Positions 46,218 to 56,443 of a DNA stretch of 64,000 nucleotides are shown in pieces (within the stretch, counting starts at the first letter, position 1; the number at the start of each line of letters is the position of its first letter). The DNA is taken from sequence record SRR2962707_2693; one strand, written 5' to 3'. Under the pieces are notes generated by a model. The model made no database searches and was not told the DNA's origin. It worked only from the letters and a program-made list of their open reading frames with translations. A program made the position numbers and the translations under genes.

Positions 46218-47525
46218 ATGGCGCCCACCCACCCGGTGTCGCGACTGGTGGTCCGGCTGTTCAATGTTCGCCCTATTGAGGCCCCGGCCGTGGTGGCGGG
46301 GTTGTTGATGTTTTTCTGCCTGTTCACAGGTTATTTCATGCTGCGGCCGGTGCGCGAAACCATGGGCGTGGCCGGCGGTGTGGACAACCTGCAATGGCTG
46401 TTCACCGCCACCTTCGTGGCTACCCTGGTGGCGCTGCCAGCGTTCGGTTGGGTCGCGTCGCGGGTATCCCGGCGCCATATTCTGCCCTGGGTTTACGGCT
46501 TCTTCGTTACCAATCTACTGGGTTTCGCCGCCGCCATGGTCTGGCTGCCGGGCGACGTCTGGGCCGGGCGGGTGTTCTATGTCTGGCTTTCGGTGTTCAA
46601 CCTGCTGGCTATTTCTCTTGCCTGGAGTGTGCTGGCGGATGTGTTCGTCAGCGCCGAAGCCAAGCGTCTGTTCGCCTTGATTGCCGGTGGCGCCAGCCTG
46701 GGGGGACTTACCGGGCCGGTGTTGGGCACGGTATTGGTGGCGCCCATCGGCCATGCCGGGTTGCTGCTGCTGGCGGCCGGTCTGCTTGCCGCCAGCGCGG
46801 TCGCGGCGGGCTGGTTGCATCGCTGGCGGGACCGCCACCGGGAGCCGGATCGCGAGCGGGCCGGTGACGGGCACCGCGAACGCGCTTTGGGCGGCAATCC
46901 CCTGGCCGGTATCGGCGAGGTGTTCGGCTCTCCTTATCTGATCGCCATCGCGGTTTTCGTGCTGTTGCTGGCCAGTGTCAGCACCTTTCTCTATTTCGAG
47001 CAGGCCAGGCTGGTGGCCGAGACGTTCCCTGACCGCACCCGGCAAACCCAGGTGTTTGGGTTGATCGACACAGTGGTGCAGGCGCTGGCGATTCTGACCC
47101 AGGTGTTCCTGACCGGCCGCATTGCCCAGCGCCTTGGTGTGGGGGTTCTGCTCACGGCGGTGCCTTTGGTGATCACCGCGGGCTTTCTCTGGCTCGCTCT
47201 GGCGCCCACGTTCGCGGTCTTCGTTGTCGTCATGATTGCCCGGCGTGCCGGCGAGTACGCGCTGGTTCGTCCCGGCCGCGAGATGCTCTACACCGTGGTC
47301 CCCGCCGAACAGAAATACAAAGCCAAGAACGCCATCGACACCGTGGTTTATCGAGGTGGTGACGCGCTCAGCGGTTGGGTGAAAAGCGGGCTGGATCTGA
47401 TGGCCTCCGTCCCCGCGCTGCCGATGGTGATCGGCGCGGGGATCGCTGTGGCCTGGGCCGGCGTGGGGGCCGGCCTGGGCAGGGCGCAGAAGCGAAAGGA
47501 AACCGGGGCGGACGGTGGGCGTTAG
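46218..47525 (+). CDS. MFS transporter, TLC/NTP exchanger-like
   Basis: LRPVRE, AKRLF, PGREMLY, KYKAKNAIDTVVYRGGD motifs. Confidence 0.85.
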   Translation: MAPTHPVSRLVVRLFNVRPIEAPAVVAGLLMFFCLFTGYFMLRPVRETMGVAGGVDNLQWLFTATFVATLVALPAFGWVASRVSRRHILPWVYGFFVTNLLGFAAAMVWLPGDVWAGRVFYVWLSVFNLLAISLAWSVLADVFVSAEAKRLFALIAGGASLGGLTGPVLGTVLVAPIGHAGLLLLAAGLLAASAVAAGWLHRWRDRHREPDRERAGDGHRERALGGNPLAGIGEVFGSPYLIAIAVFVLLLASVSTFLYFEQARLVAETFPDRTRQTQVFGLIDTVVQALAILTQVFLTGRIAQRLGVGVLLTAVPLVITAGFLWLALAPTFAVFVVVMIARRAGEYALVRPGREMLYTVVPAEQKYKAKNAIDTVVYRGGDALSGWVKSGLDLMASVPALPMVIGAGIAVAWAGVGAGLGRAQKRKETGADGGR

Positions 47526-48628
47526 TCCAGATTCAAGTAGTAGGTTTGTCCCCAGGCTTCATCGACCTCACCCGGTTTGGCGGAAAAGCGCACCTGTCGA
47601 TACGTAGCGGAAGACAATAACTTCGCCAGCGTCTCGCTGGGAACGCTGTAATTTCGGGAGGTCAGGTTCAATTGGCGTGCCCGCCGGTTTGGGCTCAATG
47701 CCGGTTCGGACAGCCCCTGGCGGAAGGCATCCATGGAAGGCCGCAGTCGTTGCATGGTGAAGCCTCTCAGCTCGCACTGCAGTATGCCGGCGACCGAGCT
47801 TTCGACACAGGCGTCGTCCACGAACCAGTTGTTGGGCGGTTTGGCGAAGACACCGTCGATCATCACTACCTCGCCCGCGCTCAGGTCAAAGGCGGCGAAG
47901 TCGCGATCCAATACCGTGGCCACGTCGACGGCGGGCTTGGCCACCTCCTTCACCGTGGTGTGATAGCCGGCTTCCCGCATCACCCGTTTGCGGGATTCCA
48001 TCACGTTATGGGGGATGCAATGGCCGCCCATCGTGGGGGTGCAATAGGTCTTGAGGCGAGGGCGGTCATTCCAGGAGATCTCGTCTTGCCATTCCTGGGT
48101 CCATTCATGGCCTTTGTAGGAGCCGCTGCTCAGATAGGTGACTCCCAGGCCTCTTGACGCGACCGGTTTGTCGGCCCGTTTCATGCCGTCGAGGTTGGCG
48201 TCCCTGGCCTGATAATTGACCACCTTGAGGCTGTAGCGGCCCGGCTCTTCCACTGAGACCAGATAATCCCGGCCGTCGACCCGGATCTGGGTGGCTCGCA
48301 GCCAGGTAAGAGAATAACTGCCGCCGGCCTGATTGGGGTTCTCCCAAAGCACATCCAGGCCGTCCTCGCCACGGAAGCCCTGGTGGTAGGCGTCCTTGGT
48401 GAAAATGGGAGAAATCACCACGGACTTGCCGGCGGCAAGAGCGGTTTCGAGCTGCCTCGCCAGATCGTCCATCCGTGCCTTTTCTTTTTCCGGATCGACC
48501 CCGGCCAGCTCGGGCGGGATGGGGAGCAGATCCGGCGCATTGTGGGACTTATAGGCGTTGTAGACGCCGCAGCCGGAGCTCAATGCCAGGCTCGCCAGCA
48601 GCATCGATAACAAACTGGTTCTGATCAT
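47522..48628 (-). CDS. Hypothetical lipoprotein
   Basis: Hydrophobic leader with lipobox-like SSGC; long ORF with RBS; no recognised domain. Confidence 0.7.
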   Translation of the reverse strand: MIRTSLLSMLLASLALSSGCGVYNAYKSHNAPDLLPIPPELAGVDPEKEKARMDDLARQLETALAAGKSVVISPIFTKDAYHQGFRGEDGLDVLWENPNQAGGSYSLTWLRATQIRVDGRDYLVSVEEPGRYSLKVVNYQARDANLDGMKRADKPVASRGLGVTYLSSGSYKGHEWTQEWQDEISWNDRPRLKTYCTPTMGGHCIPHNVMESRKRVMREAGYHTTVKEVAKPAVDVATVLDRDFAAFDLSAGEVVMIDGVFAKPPNNWFVDDACVESSVAGILQCELRGFTMQRLRPSMDAFRQGLSEPALSPNRRARQLNLTSRNYSVPSETLAKLLSSATYRQVRFSAKPGEVDEAWGQTYYLNLD

Positions 48629-48739
48629 GATGTTATTCCTATCCCTTTTCCGGGGGGGGGCCGAGGAGGCCGGTCCGGCCAGAACGGTAACCGGGGCGCC
48701 ACGGATCCGGCGGTGCGCGTCTGATGGATCAAGAGAATA

Positions 48740-48763
48740 TCGCGGCCCATGGGCCGCTCCTAC
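48740..48763 (-). repeat. GTAG-family REP-like palindrome
   Basis: Minus strand GTAGGAGCGGCCCATGGGCCGCGA: GTAG head plus perfect palindrome. Confidence 0.6.
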
Positions 48764-48803
48764 CCTACGGTGGTAGGAAGGGGGGAATGAGCCTGCTCAA
48801 TAA

Positions 48804-49013
48804 GTTTTAATTTCCGAAGATTTCGTTGGTAAGGTTGAGTATGTTTTCAAACAAAAGGCGGCCCTTGAACTAACTCATAACTGGGGTACTGAAAAAGAGG
48901 GCGATTTCTCTGGATACCACGACGGTAATAGTGACCCTAAAGGTTTTGGCCATATTGGTATCACTGTTCCAGACATCTATGTGGCCTGCGCCCGTTTTGA
49001 AAAGCTAGGCGTT
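48804..49013 (+). pseudogene. gloA: Lactoylglutathione lyase (glyoxalase I) internal fragment
   Basis: Manual translation [55 protein letters not shown]; preceded by in-frame TAA, lacks both termini, AT-rich. Confidence 0.85.
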
Positions 49014-49076
49014 GGTCATCGCAGAGCTGAACGAGTATTGAAAAGGACACCGACCCAAGGCCGGTGTTTTCGTTTA

Positions 49077-50552
49077 TCAGAACGGGAATTCACGTTTGCC
49101 AGTCTGAATGGTCACCCATTTCATTTCCGTCATTTCGTCCATCGAAGCGCGACCACCCTCGCGGCCAAAGCCGCTGTCGCCAGTGCCACCGAATGTGATG
49201 TGCGGCTCGTCGGAGATGGTCGTATCGTTGATGTGAATCATGCCGGCGGTCGACAACTCAGAGAAGGCCATGGCCTTTTGCAGGTCGTTGGTGACGATGG
49301 CGGATGACAGACCGTAATGAGTGTCATTGGCCAGCTCTACGGCGTGGTCAAAGTCGCGCGCGGGATAGATCGAGGTCACTGGCCCGAAGGATTCCTCGGT
49401 ATAAATGCGCATTTGCGGGGTGACGTCGGCCAGCACAGTTGGCTGGAAGTAGCTGCCTTCATAGGTGCCGCCACACAACAACCGAGCGCCCTGGTCAGTC
49501 GCCTCGCGGATCTGTTCGGCAATAAACAGGCACTGTTCCGGGCGGATGAGTGGGCCGACTACGGTATCGGGGTGGCGGGGATCGCCGACCACGACGGCTT
49601 TTGCCTTGGCCACGAACGCCTCGCAGAATCGCTGGTACAGGCCCTTCTCGACAATTATCCGAGAGCTGGCCATGCACACTTGACCCTGGTGGTAGAAAAT
49701 GCCGAAGGCGGCGGCGTCCACGGCATATTCCAGATCGGCATCATCCAGTACCACCAGTGGGCTTTTGCCGCCCAGTTCCAGTGTGACCTTCTTCATCTGT
49801 TTGCCACACTCGGCTGCCAGCAGCTTGCCGACACGCTCTGAGCCGGTGAAGGTAATCATACGCACCCGGGGGTCGGCAACCAGACGCTTTCCTACATTGT
49901 CTGCCGAGCCAGGTACGACATTAAACACGCCCTTGGGCAGCCCGGCTGCTTCGAATATGTCCGCCAGAATCAGCCCGGTCAGCGGGGCGAATTCGGAAGG
50001 TTTGAGGATGAAGGTGTTGCCGGAAGCCAGGGCAAAGGCGACCTTTTTCATAGATAGCAGGAGGGGCGAGTTGAACGGTGCGATACCGGCAATCACGCCC
50101 AGCGGCTGGCGAATGGTCATGCCTACTTGCCCAGGCGAGCAGGTCGGGAAGGTTTCGCCGTGGGCCTGGCGAGTCCAGGCGGCCGCTGCGCGCAGGCATT
50201 CCACCGCATAGCCGACTTCCCAAGGCGCCTTCAGCAGGGTAGAGCCTGTCTCTTCAATGATGATGTCACGGATTTCTTCCGCGCGGGTGGCGATAATGTC
50301 GGCGGCCTTGAGCAAAATCGCCTCGCGCTCGCTGACGATCACTTTGCGCCAACTGGTACGTGCGGCAAAAGCGGCGGCAATAGCGTCGTCCACGTCATCT
50401 GCGCTGGCCTGTGCCACTACCGCGCAGACCTTGCCCGTAGCAGGGTTGAAATCATTGTCGACCTCGCCGGTGCTGCCTTCGCGCCACTCACCGTTGATAT
50501 AGAACGGCCGAATAGGCGTTTCGGCCTGGGATGCTTCTGCGACGTTTTGCAT
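49077..50552 (-). CDS. Aldehyde dehydrogenase
   Basis: [31 protein letters not shown] motifs. Confidence 0.95.
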   Translation of the reverse strand: MQNVAEASQAETPIRPFYINGEWREGSTGEVDNDFNPATGKVCAVVAQASADDVDDAIAAAFAARTSWRKVIVSEREAILLKAADIIATRAEEIRDIIIEETGSTLLKAPWEVGYAVECLRAAAAWTRQAHGETFPTCSPGQVGMTIRQPLGVIAGIAPFNSPLLLSMKKVAFALASGNTFILKPSEFAPLTGLILADIFEAAGLPKGVFNVVPGSADNVGKRLVADPRVRMITFTGSERVGKLLAAECGKQMKKVTLELGGKSPLVVLDDADLEYAVDAAAFGIFYHQGQVCMASSRIIVEKGLYQRFCEAFVAKAKAVVVGDPRHPDTVVGPLIRPEQCLFIAEQIREATDQGARLLCGGTYEGSYFQPTVLADVTPQMRIYTEESFGPVTSIYPARDFDHAVELANDTHYGLSSAIVTNDLQKAMAFSELSTAGMIHINDTTISDEPHITFGGTGDSGFGREGGRASMDEMTEMKWVTIQTGKREFPF

Positions 50553-50794
50553 GGCTTGGGATCTCTTGGTCGGGTGGATTGATGGTCCTCCTTTTATAAG
50601 AAGCAGGAAACGTACCATCCTCTAAACCCTCTATTTATAGGTGGTGGAAAGTATTTTGTTGTGCCTATATGGGGCATGCCCCGTATTTTTTGCGCATTTA
50701 CTGGGCGCTCTGCATCCTGTGCCCAGGGCGTCGGTCGTCGTACTGCTCATTGGTGTCCAGCTGTGGCGCCGCCCTGGGCTGAAGGCGGCTCTTC

Positions 50795-50810
50795 TGGCAT
50801 GTGATTTGCT
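50795..50810 (+). promoter_or_regulatory. Sigma54 promoter upstream of GMC oxidoreductase
   Basis: TGGCAT-GTGAT-TTGCT. Confidence 0.7.
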
Positions 50811-50873
50811 CCCATACGGCAACAACGTCGGGTGTGTTGTACGCGCCGGCGCGTTTTTCCAGAGGGAGGTAGC

Positions 50874-52445
50874 GTGACTGTGCAGAACAGGCAGGTGTAC
50901 GACTTTATAGTCTGCGGAAGTGGCGCGTCGGGCGGTGTGGTGGCTAGCCAGTTGGCAGCCAATCCACAAGTCAGTGTGTTGCTGGTCGAGGCGGGCGGCG
51001 ATGAGCGCGTGCCCCAGGTGGCCGATTCGCGCGTGTGGATGCAGAACATTGGCAGCGAGCGTGACTGGCAGTTTCGCTCCGAACCGTGTGCCGGGCTGAA
51101 CCAGCGCACTCCACCCCTGCCGATGGGCAAGGTGCTGGGCGGTGGCAGTAGTGTCAACGGCCTGATCTGGGCGCGCGGGCATCGCAATGACTTTGATCGC
51201 TGGGCCAGGGCGGTGGATGATCCAGATTGGGGCTATGCCTCCGTACTGGAGGTCTATAAGCGTATCGAGGCATGGGATGGTCCTGCCGACGACGCACGGC
51301 GCGGCACCCAAGGACCTTTTCATGTCACCTTGCCAAAAGACCCCAACCCCGTCGCCCTGGCACTGCGGGAGGCGACTAATGCACTGGGCATCAGCGCCGT
51401 CGAGGATCTCAACGCTGAAGCCATGGAAGGGCCGGGAGCCTGCGGTATTCCGAATGTGCCTGTGCTGGGAGACAGTGAGCGTGTGTCGGTAGCCACGGCC
51501 TACATCCGCCCGCGCATGAACCAATCAAACCTGACGGTGATGTTCGATACCTGCGTCGAGCAGGTGCTGCTGCAAGGGCGGCGGGCAACCGGGGTACGTC
51601 TGCGGCGCGAGCGTCAGACGTTGGAGGTGAGTGCGCGGTATGAGGTTGTGTTGTCCCTGGGGGCGATCAATACGCCCAAAGTGCTGATGCTCTCAGGTAT
51701 CGGCGATGCCGCGCAGTTAGCGCGGCACGGCATTGAGTTGGTTCAGCATTTGCCTGGAGTAGGGCGCAACTTTCAGGATCACATTCTGGTGGCCGGCTGC
51801 TGCTGGGAGTATCCGCAGCCGCAGGCACCGCGAAACAACTCGGCCGAATTCACCTTCTTCGCCAAGAGTGATGCTGCCTTGCGGACCCCCGATCTGCAGC
51901 CAGTGCTGGAGGAGTGTGCTTTTGGTAGCGAGATCACCCGGCCCCAATACGGCCTGCCGGTTGACCCGAGCCTGGCCTGGACGCTGGCGCCGGGCTTGGT
52001 GCGGCCGCACAGTCGCGGTCAGGTCTTGCTCACCGGAAGCCGCTTCAGCGATCCGCTGCGGGTGGAAGCCAACTTCCTCAGTGATGAACGGGATGGGAGG
52101 GCGCTGCTTAACGGTATAGAGCTGTGCCGTGAGATTGGCAACTCTGCGTTACTCAGGCCCTTTGTGAAGCGTGAACTGATGCCAGGGCCGCTGCAGCCAT
52201 CGGCGATGCTGGACTTTCTGCGCCACGCAGCAGGCACTTATTTTCACCAGACCTGTACGGCGAAAATGGGCACTGATGAACTATCGGTGGTAGATGGCCG
52301 GCTGCGGGTATACGGCATTGAAGGGCTGCGCGTTGCGGATGGCTCGATCATGCCGGAAATCAGTACCGGTAATACCATGGCCCCCTGCGTCATGATTGGC
52401 CAGCGTGCAGCCGATATGCTCATTGCCGATCACCGGCTGAACTGA
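50874..52445 (+). CDS. GMC family oxidoreductase
   Basis: GSGASG, GKVLGGGSSVNG, YFHQTCT, GNTMAP motifs; GTG start with GGAGG RBS. Confidence 0.93.
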   Translation: MTVQNRQVYDFIVCGSGASGGVVASQLAANPQVSVLLVEAGGDERVPQVADSRVWMQNIGSERDWQFRSEPCAGLNQRTPPLPMGKVLGGGSSVNGLIWARGHRNDFDRWARAVDDPDWGYASVLEVYKRIEAWDGPADDARRGTQGPFHVTLPKDPNPVALALREATNALGISAVEDLNAEAMEGPGACGIPNVPVLGDSERVSVATAYIRPRMNQSNLTVMFDTCVEQVLLQGRRATGVRLRRERQTLEVSARYEVVLSLGAINTPKVLMLSGIGDAAQLARHGIELVQHLPGVGRNFQDHILVAGCCWEYPQPQAPRNNSAEFTFFAKSDAALRTPDLQPVLEECAFGSEITRPQYGLPVDPSLAWTLAPGLVRPHSRGQVLLTGSRFSDPLRVEANFLSDERDGRALLNGIELCREIGNSALLRPFVKRELMPGPLQPSAMLDFLRHAAGTYFHQTCTAKMGTDELSVVDGRLRVYGIEGLRVADGSIMPEISTGNTMAPCVMIGQRAADMLIADHRLN

Positions 52446-52688
52446 TTCCTTCATCTTGTTAGCCACTGCCAGCGCATGGCACTGCTTCGGTGCATTAGGT
52501 GGTATACCTCTTTTTTTTGTGGTGCAAATATAAGTGGTGGACCTCCTATATTGGCTCGGATTTTTCGTGCGTAATCTATAAGGCGCTGAAAAAGTTCAAT
52601 TAAAAATAGCTGGTACTTTTCTTGCAGTGTGTTTATCGCCGATTTTAAAAGGGCCCGTTTTTTCCGTGATAGTGCTAGAGGCTGATCG

Positions 52689-53813
52689 ATGAAAGAAGTC
52701 AGGCTGGAGAACGTAACCAAGTCCTATGATGGCGTGACTCTGGCCATCCCCGGTATCAACCTGGTCTGCGCGCGGGGCGAGATGCTGGCTCTACTTGGCC
52801 CATCCGGCTGCGGTAAATCCACCACACTGAAGATGATTGCCGGTATCGAACCGATCAGTGACGGGGCCATTTTCTTTGATGATACCGACGTGTCAGATCT
52901 GGATACCGCCAGCCGCAACGTGGCTATGGTGTTCGAGGATTACGCGCTATATCCGCACCTTTCGGTGTTCGACAATATCGCCTTTCCATTGTCCATTCGC
53001 GGCAAGCCCAAGGCGGAGATTACCGAGCGCGTTGAGCGGGTCATGAAGCTGCTCGGGCTTCGCGAGATCAGCGGCGAACAGGTGCAGCAGCTTAGTGGTG
53101 GTGCCCAGCAACGCGTGTCCATTGGCCGGGCGCTGGTGCGCGAGCCGGATCTGATCATGTTCGACGAGCCATTGAGCCACCTGGATAGTGACCAGAAAGT
53201 GCAACTGCGCACGGAGATCAAGCGCCTGCAGCAGACCTCGAAGCTGACCTCGGTGCTGGTGACCCATGATCAGAACGAAGCGATCTCCATGGCTGACCGG
53301 ATTGCGGTAATGGACAAAGGCGTACTGCAACAGGTGGATACGCCCAGCGCCATTTACAACCAGCCAGCCAATATCTTTGTCGCCAGTTTTATTGGCGAGC
53401 CGCCGATGAACTTGCTGGATGGCAGCCTGGTCAGCGCCCGGAACCCACTGCGCATCCGTTTGGCCGGGCAGTGCGAGTTTCCTGCGGGCGAGCAGGTTTT
53501 GCCCCAACTCGCTCAGCGCATTGAAGGCGCCGGTGTGGTCATCGGTATTCGCCCTGAGCACATGCGGGTCAACCCACCACAGGCCGGGTTGAGCGCGAGC
53601 ATGCTGCTGCTCGACGGGTGCGTATACGCCCATGAGCCCGGCGGAGATTCTGACGTGGTGACCGTTGATACGGATATAGGGCGCATCGTCGCCGAGGCCC
53701 CGGCGCCGTTGATGTTGGCTGCCGGAGACAGCGTTCAGTTGGGCCTTGAGCCCACCCATTTTCACTACTTCTGCAAAGATACGGGCCGCAACCTGCTGCT
53801 GGAGGCACCATGA
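52689..53813 (+). CDS. ABC ATP-binding protein, MalK/CUT1 type
   Basis: [23 protein letters not shown]-terminal TOBE-like region. Confidence 0.93.
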   Translation: MKEVRLENVTKSYDGVTLAIPGINLVCARGEMLALLGPSGCGKSTTLKMIAGIEPISDGAIFFDDTDVSDLDTASRNVAMVFEDYALYPHLSVFDNIAFPLSIRGKPKAEITERVERVMKLLGLREISGEQVQQLSGGAQQRVSIGRALVREPDLIMFDEPLSHLDSDQKVQLRTEIKRLQQTSKLTSVLVTHDQNEAISMADRIAVMDKGVLQQVDTPSAIYNQPANIFVASFIGEPPMNLLDGSLVSARNPLRIRLAGQCEFPAGEQVLPQLAQRIEGAGVVIGIRPEHMRVNPPQAGLSASMLLLDGCVYAHEPGGDSDVVTVDTDIGRIVAEAPAPLMLAAGDSVQLGLEPTHFHYFCKDTGRNLLLEAP

Positions 53814-55012
53814 AAGCCAATGTCCTACCCATGCTGTCCGCGCAGCGTGGTGAGCCGCTGCACCTGGAAGCCGTCAGCAAGCGGTTTGGCGAGGTTCAGG
53901 CGCTTTCCGAGGTCTCTTTCAGCGCTGAACCGGGGGAAGTCATCACACTGTGCGGACCCTCTGGGGCGGGCAAGTCGACCCTGGGTCGTTTAATCAGCGG
54001 CCTGGATACGCCCGATAGCGGCGGCATTCATCTGGGTGGCCTGGTGCTGTCGGACATGGCCGCGCAGCAGCGTCGGGCAGCGCATATGTTCGAATCCTTG
54101 GCGCTCTATCCCACGCTGGATGTGTTCAGCAATGTCGCTTCCCCCTTGCGTGCCCCTTCTCACCGGGGGTTGCTCAGCGCCGCCGACATCACTGCCCAAG
54201 TGGAAGCCATATTGGTCATGATGGATATTGCGCACCTGAGCAAGCGTCGCCCCTCGGAGCTATCCGGCGGGCAGCGCCAGCGTGTTGCGCTGTGTCGCAC
54301 GCTGGTCCAGAGCCCCAGCCTGTTTATTCTCGACGAGCCGATTGGCCATCTGGACGCCAAGCTGCGCCATCGCCTGCGCGGAGAAATCAGTCGCCGCCAG
54401 CGCGCACTGGATCAGGTCACCCTCTGGCTGACCCCCGATACCCTGGAAGGTATGGCGGTGGCGGATAGGGTGGTCATGCTGATTGACGGCAAGGTGCAGC
54501 AGATTGGCAGCCCGCGTGAAGTCTACGCCGCGCCTGCCAGCACCAGTATCGCTCGCCTGCTGGGCGACCCAGCGATGAACCTGATCGATATATGGCTCAA
54601 GCAGGAAGCGGACGGCCTGAAAGTGCTTTGTAATGGCGTGCGGCTTCACGTTGCCGAATCCTTTCTGGCCCGGCTCAAGGCCTCGGGTCGGTTACGCTTG
54701 ACTCTGGGCTTTCCGCCGCTGCACACCCGTCTGGACGATCCCTCCGCCGTGGCCGGCCTGCGCGGCGATATTTACACGGTTGAACCCTTTGGCAAGTACA
54801 CGCTGGTGACGGTTGAGGTCAATGGTGCGCACGTAAAAGCCAAGCTGCCAGCGGGGTTCCAGATCACGGTAGGTAGCAGTGTGCTGGTCGGGATTCCGAC
54901 CGAGCACGTGCTGCTGTTCGACCATGAAAGCGGCGTGCTGATTGATGAGGCTGCAGTCGCATTACATAACAAGAAAACAACCGCGCCCAATCCCCTTCAC
55001 AGTGAGGCATGA
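53810..55012 (+). CDS. ABC ATP-binding protein, MalK type, degenerate H-loop
   Basis: GPSGAGKS, LSGGQRQR, ILDEP; LTPD in place of VTHD. Confidence 0.9.
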   Translation: MKANVLPMLSAQRGEPLHLEAVSKRFGEVQALSEVSFSAEPGEVITLCGPSGAGKSTLGRLISGLDTPDSGGIHLGGLVLSDMAAQQRRAAHMFESLALYPTLDVFSNVASPLRAPSHRGLLSAADITAQVEAILVMMDIAHLSKRRPSELSGGQRQRVALCRTLVQSPSLFILDEPIGHLDAKLRHRLRGEISRRQRALDQVTLWLTPDTLEGMAVADRVVMLIDGKVQQIGSPREVYAAPASTSIARLLGDPAMNLIDIWLKQEADGLKVLCNGVRLHVAESFLARLKASGRLRLTLGFPPLHTRLDDPSAVAGLRGDIYTVEPFGKYTLVTVEVNGAHVKAKLPAGFQITVGSSVLVGIPTEHVLLFDHESGVLIDEAAVALHNKKTTAPNPLHSEA

Positions 55013-56433
55013 GGAAAATGACTATGCACAAAGCCAAGAGCAAATCGATGTTGGCCGGGTTGATTGCCAGCGCGGCTGCCATTTGTTACGGCGCCCCTTT
55101 GCACGCCCAGGACTGGAGCTATGCTGAGGCCGGCAAGCCCTATGCCGGCACCACCATCCGTGTGCTGGACGAGATTACGCCGTTGCAGGAGACCATGCGC
55201 AAGTTGGTACCTGAGTTCACCGAAGAAACCGGCATCAAGGTCGAATACGAATTGCTCAGTCACGGCGACGTGATCAACCGTGGCCAGGCCGATCTGTTCT
55301 CCGGACGCGGCAATTACGATGCGATCATGGTGCACGGCCTGCAGCTGGGCCCGCTGCTGGCGGCCAAAGTGTTGCAGCCGATCGACGAGCTGAAGAAAAA
55401 CCCGGCGCTGACCAACCCGGATCTCGGGCTGGATGACCTGATTGAACCGGCCAACGATTCGCTAGTGAATCACTCCGGCGCGCAGTACGGTTTTTTGACC
55501 TGGAACTACAACCAAATCTACTGGGCGCGTGCCGATCTGCTGACTCATCCCGATGAACAGGCTGCCTTTGAAACGCGCTACGGTTACCCGCTGGCGCCGG
55601 CCGAAACCATGCAGGAGATGCGTGATATTGCCGAGTTCTTCACCCGCAAATCAGGTGAAACGTTGGCCGGTGAGACACTGCGTAATGATTTTTACGGGAT
55701 CGTGCTGGAAGGTATCCCCGGCGGCACTACGTTCACCACGGTGTGGGAAGTGTTCATGAACAACTGGGGCGGCGGTGTATTCGATGCCGACGGCAAGCCC
55801 AACCTGGATACACCGGAAAATATTGCAGCGTTGCAGTTCTGGGCCGATCTGTGGAAGTTTGCACCGCCCGGCCAGGCCGAGTATTCGCTGATCGACGTAC
55901 CGACGGTGATGGGTAACGGTATTGCCGCGCAGTCCATTGCCTTCAGCGACTTCGTACTGGGTGTGGACCGTCCCGACGGCGGCACCTATGCCGGCAAGTT
56001 CGTCTATGGCGGTATTCCGGTTAATGCCGAGAACCCCGAGGCGCGCAGTGCTGGTGGTGAGCCGTCGCTGATGGCGCTGAGCAGCCACAGCAAGAATAAG
56101 GAAGCCACCTACCTTTTCATGCAGTGGATGGTGGATAAAGACACCCAGGCCAAGTTGATGGAGGCTGGCGGTGGCGGGGTACCGATTCGGCACTCCTCGT
56201 TCGACCTGGACGTAATGCGTGAGGCTGATCGACAGTCGTTGTACAAGGCCATGGCCGCATCCTTGCAGTATGTTAAGGCCAAGCCAAAAACGCCGAGCTT
56301 CTTTGAGATCGACAACACCATGGGGCCGTTGGTGCAGCAGGTTGGCATTGGCCAACTGACCGCCGCGGAAGCGCTCAAGGACGGTCAGCGCAAAGTGCTG
56401 TCCATCTGCAGCCACTGCCTGCTGGCTGAGTGA
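55009..56433 (+). CDS. ABC substrate-binding protein, CUT1 (sugar/polyol type)
   Basis: Signal peptide ending LHA; FTEETGIKVEYE; operon context. Confidence 0.88.
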   Translation: MRKMTMHKAKSKSMLAGLIASAAAICYGAPLHAQDWSYAEAGKPYAGTTIRVLDEITPLQETMRKLVPEFTEETGIKVEYELLSHGDVINRGQADLFSGRGNYDAIMVHGLQLGPLLAAKVLQPIDELKKNPALTNPDLGLDDLIEPANDSLVNHSGAQYGFLTWNYNQIYWARADLLTHPDEQAAFETRYGYPLAPAETMQEMRDIAEFFTRKSGETLAGETLRNDFYGIVLEGIPGGTTFTTVWEVFMNNWGGGVFDADGKPNLDTPENIAALQFWADLWKFAPPGQAEYSLIDVPTVMGNGIAAQSIAFSDFVLGVDRPDGGTYAGKFVYGGIPVNAENPEARSAGGEPSLMALSSHSKNKEATYLFMQWMVDKDTQAKLMEAGGGGVPIRHSSFDLDVMREADRQSLYKAMAASLQYVKAKPKTPSFFEIDNTMGPLVQQVGIGQLTAAEALKDGQRKVLSICSHCLLAE

Positions 56434-56443
56434 CGGGGCAACT

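Noticed and set aside
48981-49307. 108-aa ORF starting [11 protein letters not shown]
   Set aside because: Tail of the gloA fragment reading through into the antisense of the ALDH gene.
52500-52508. GGTATACC palindrome as another regulon box
   Set aside because: Flanking bases differ from TGYATACA, and it lies in a separately acquired segment.
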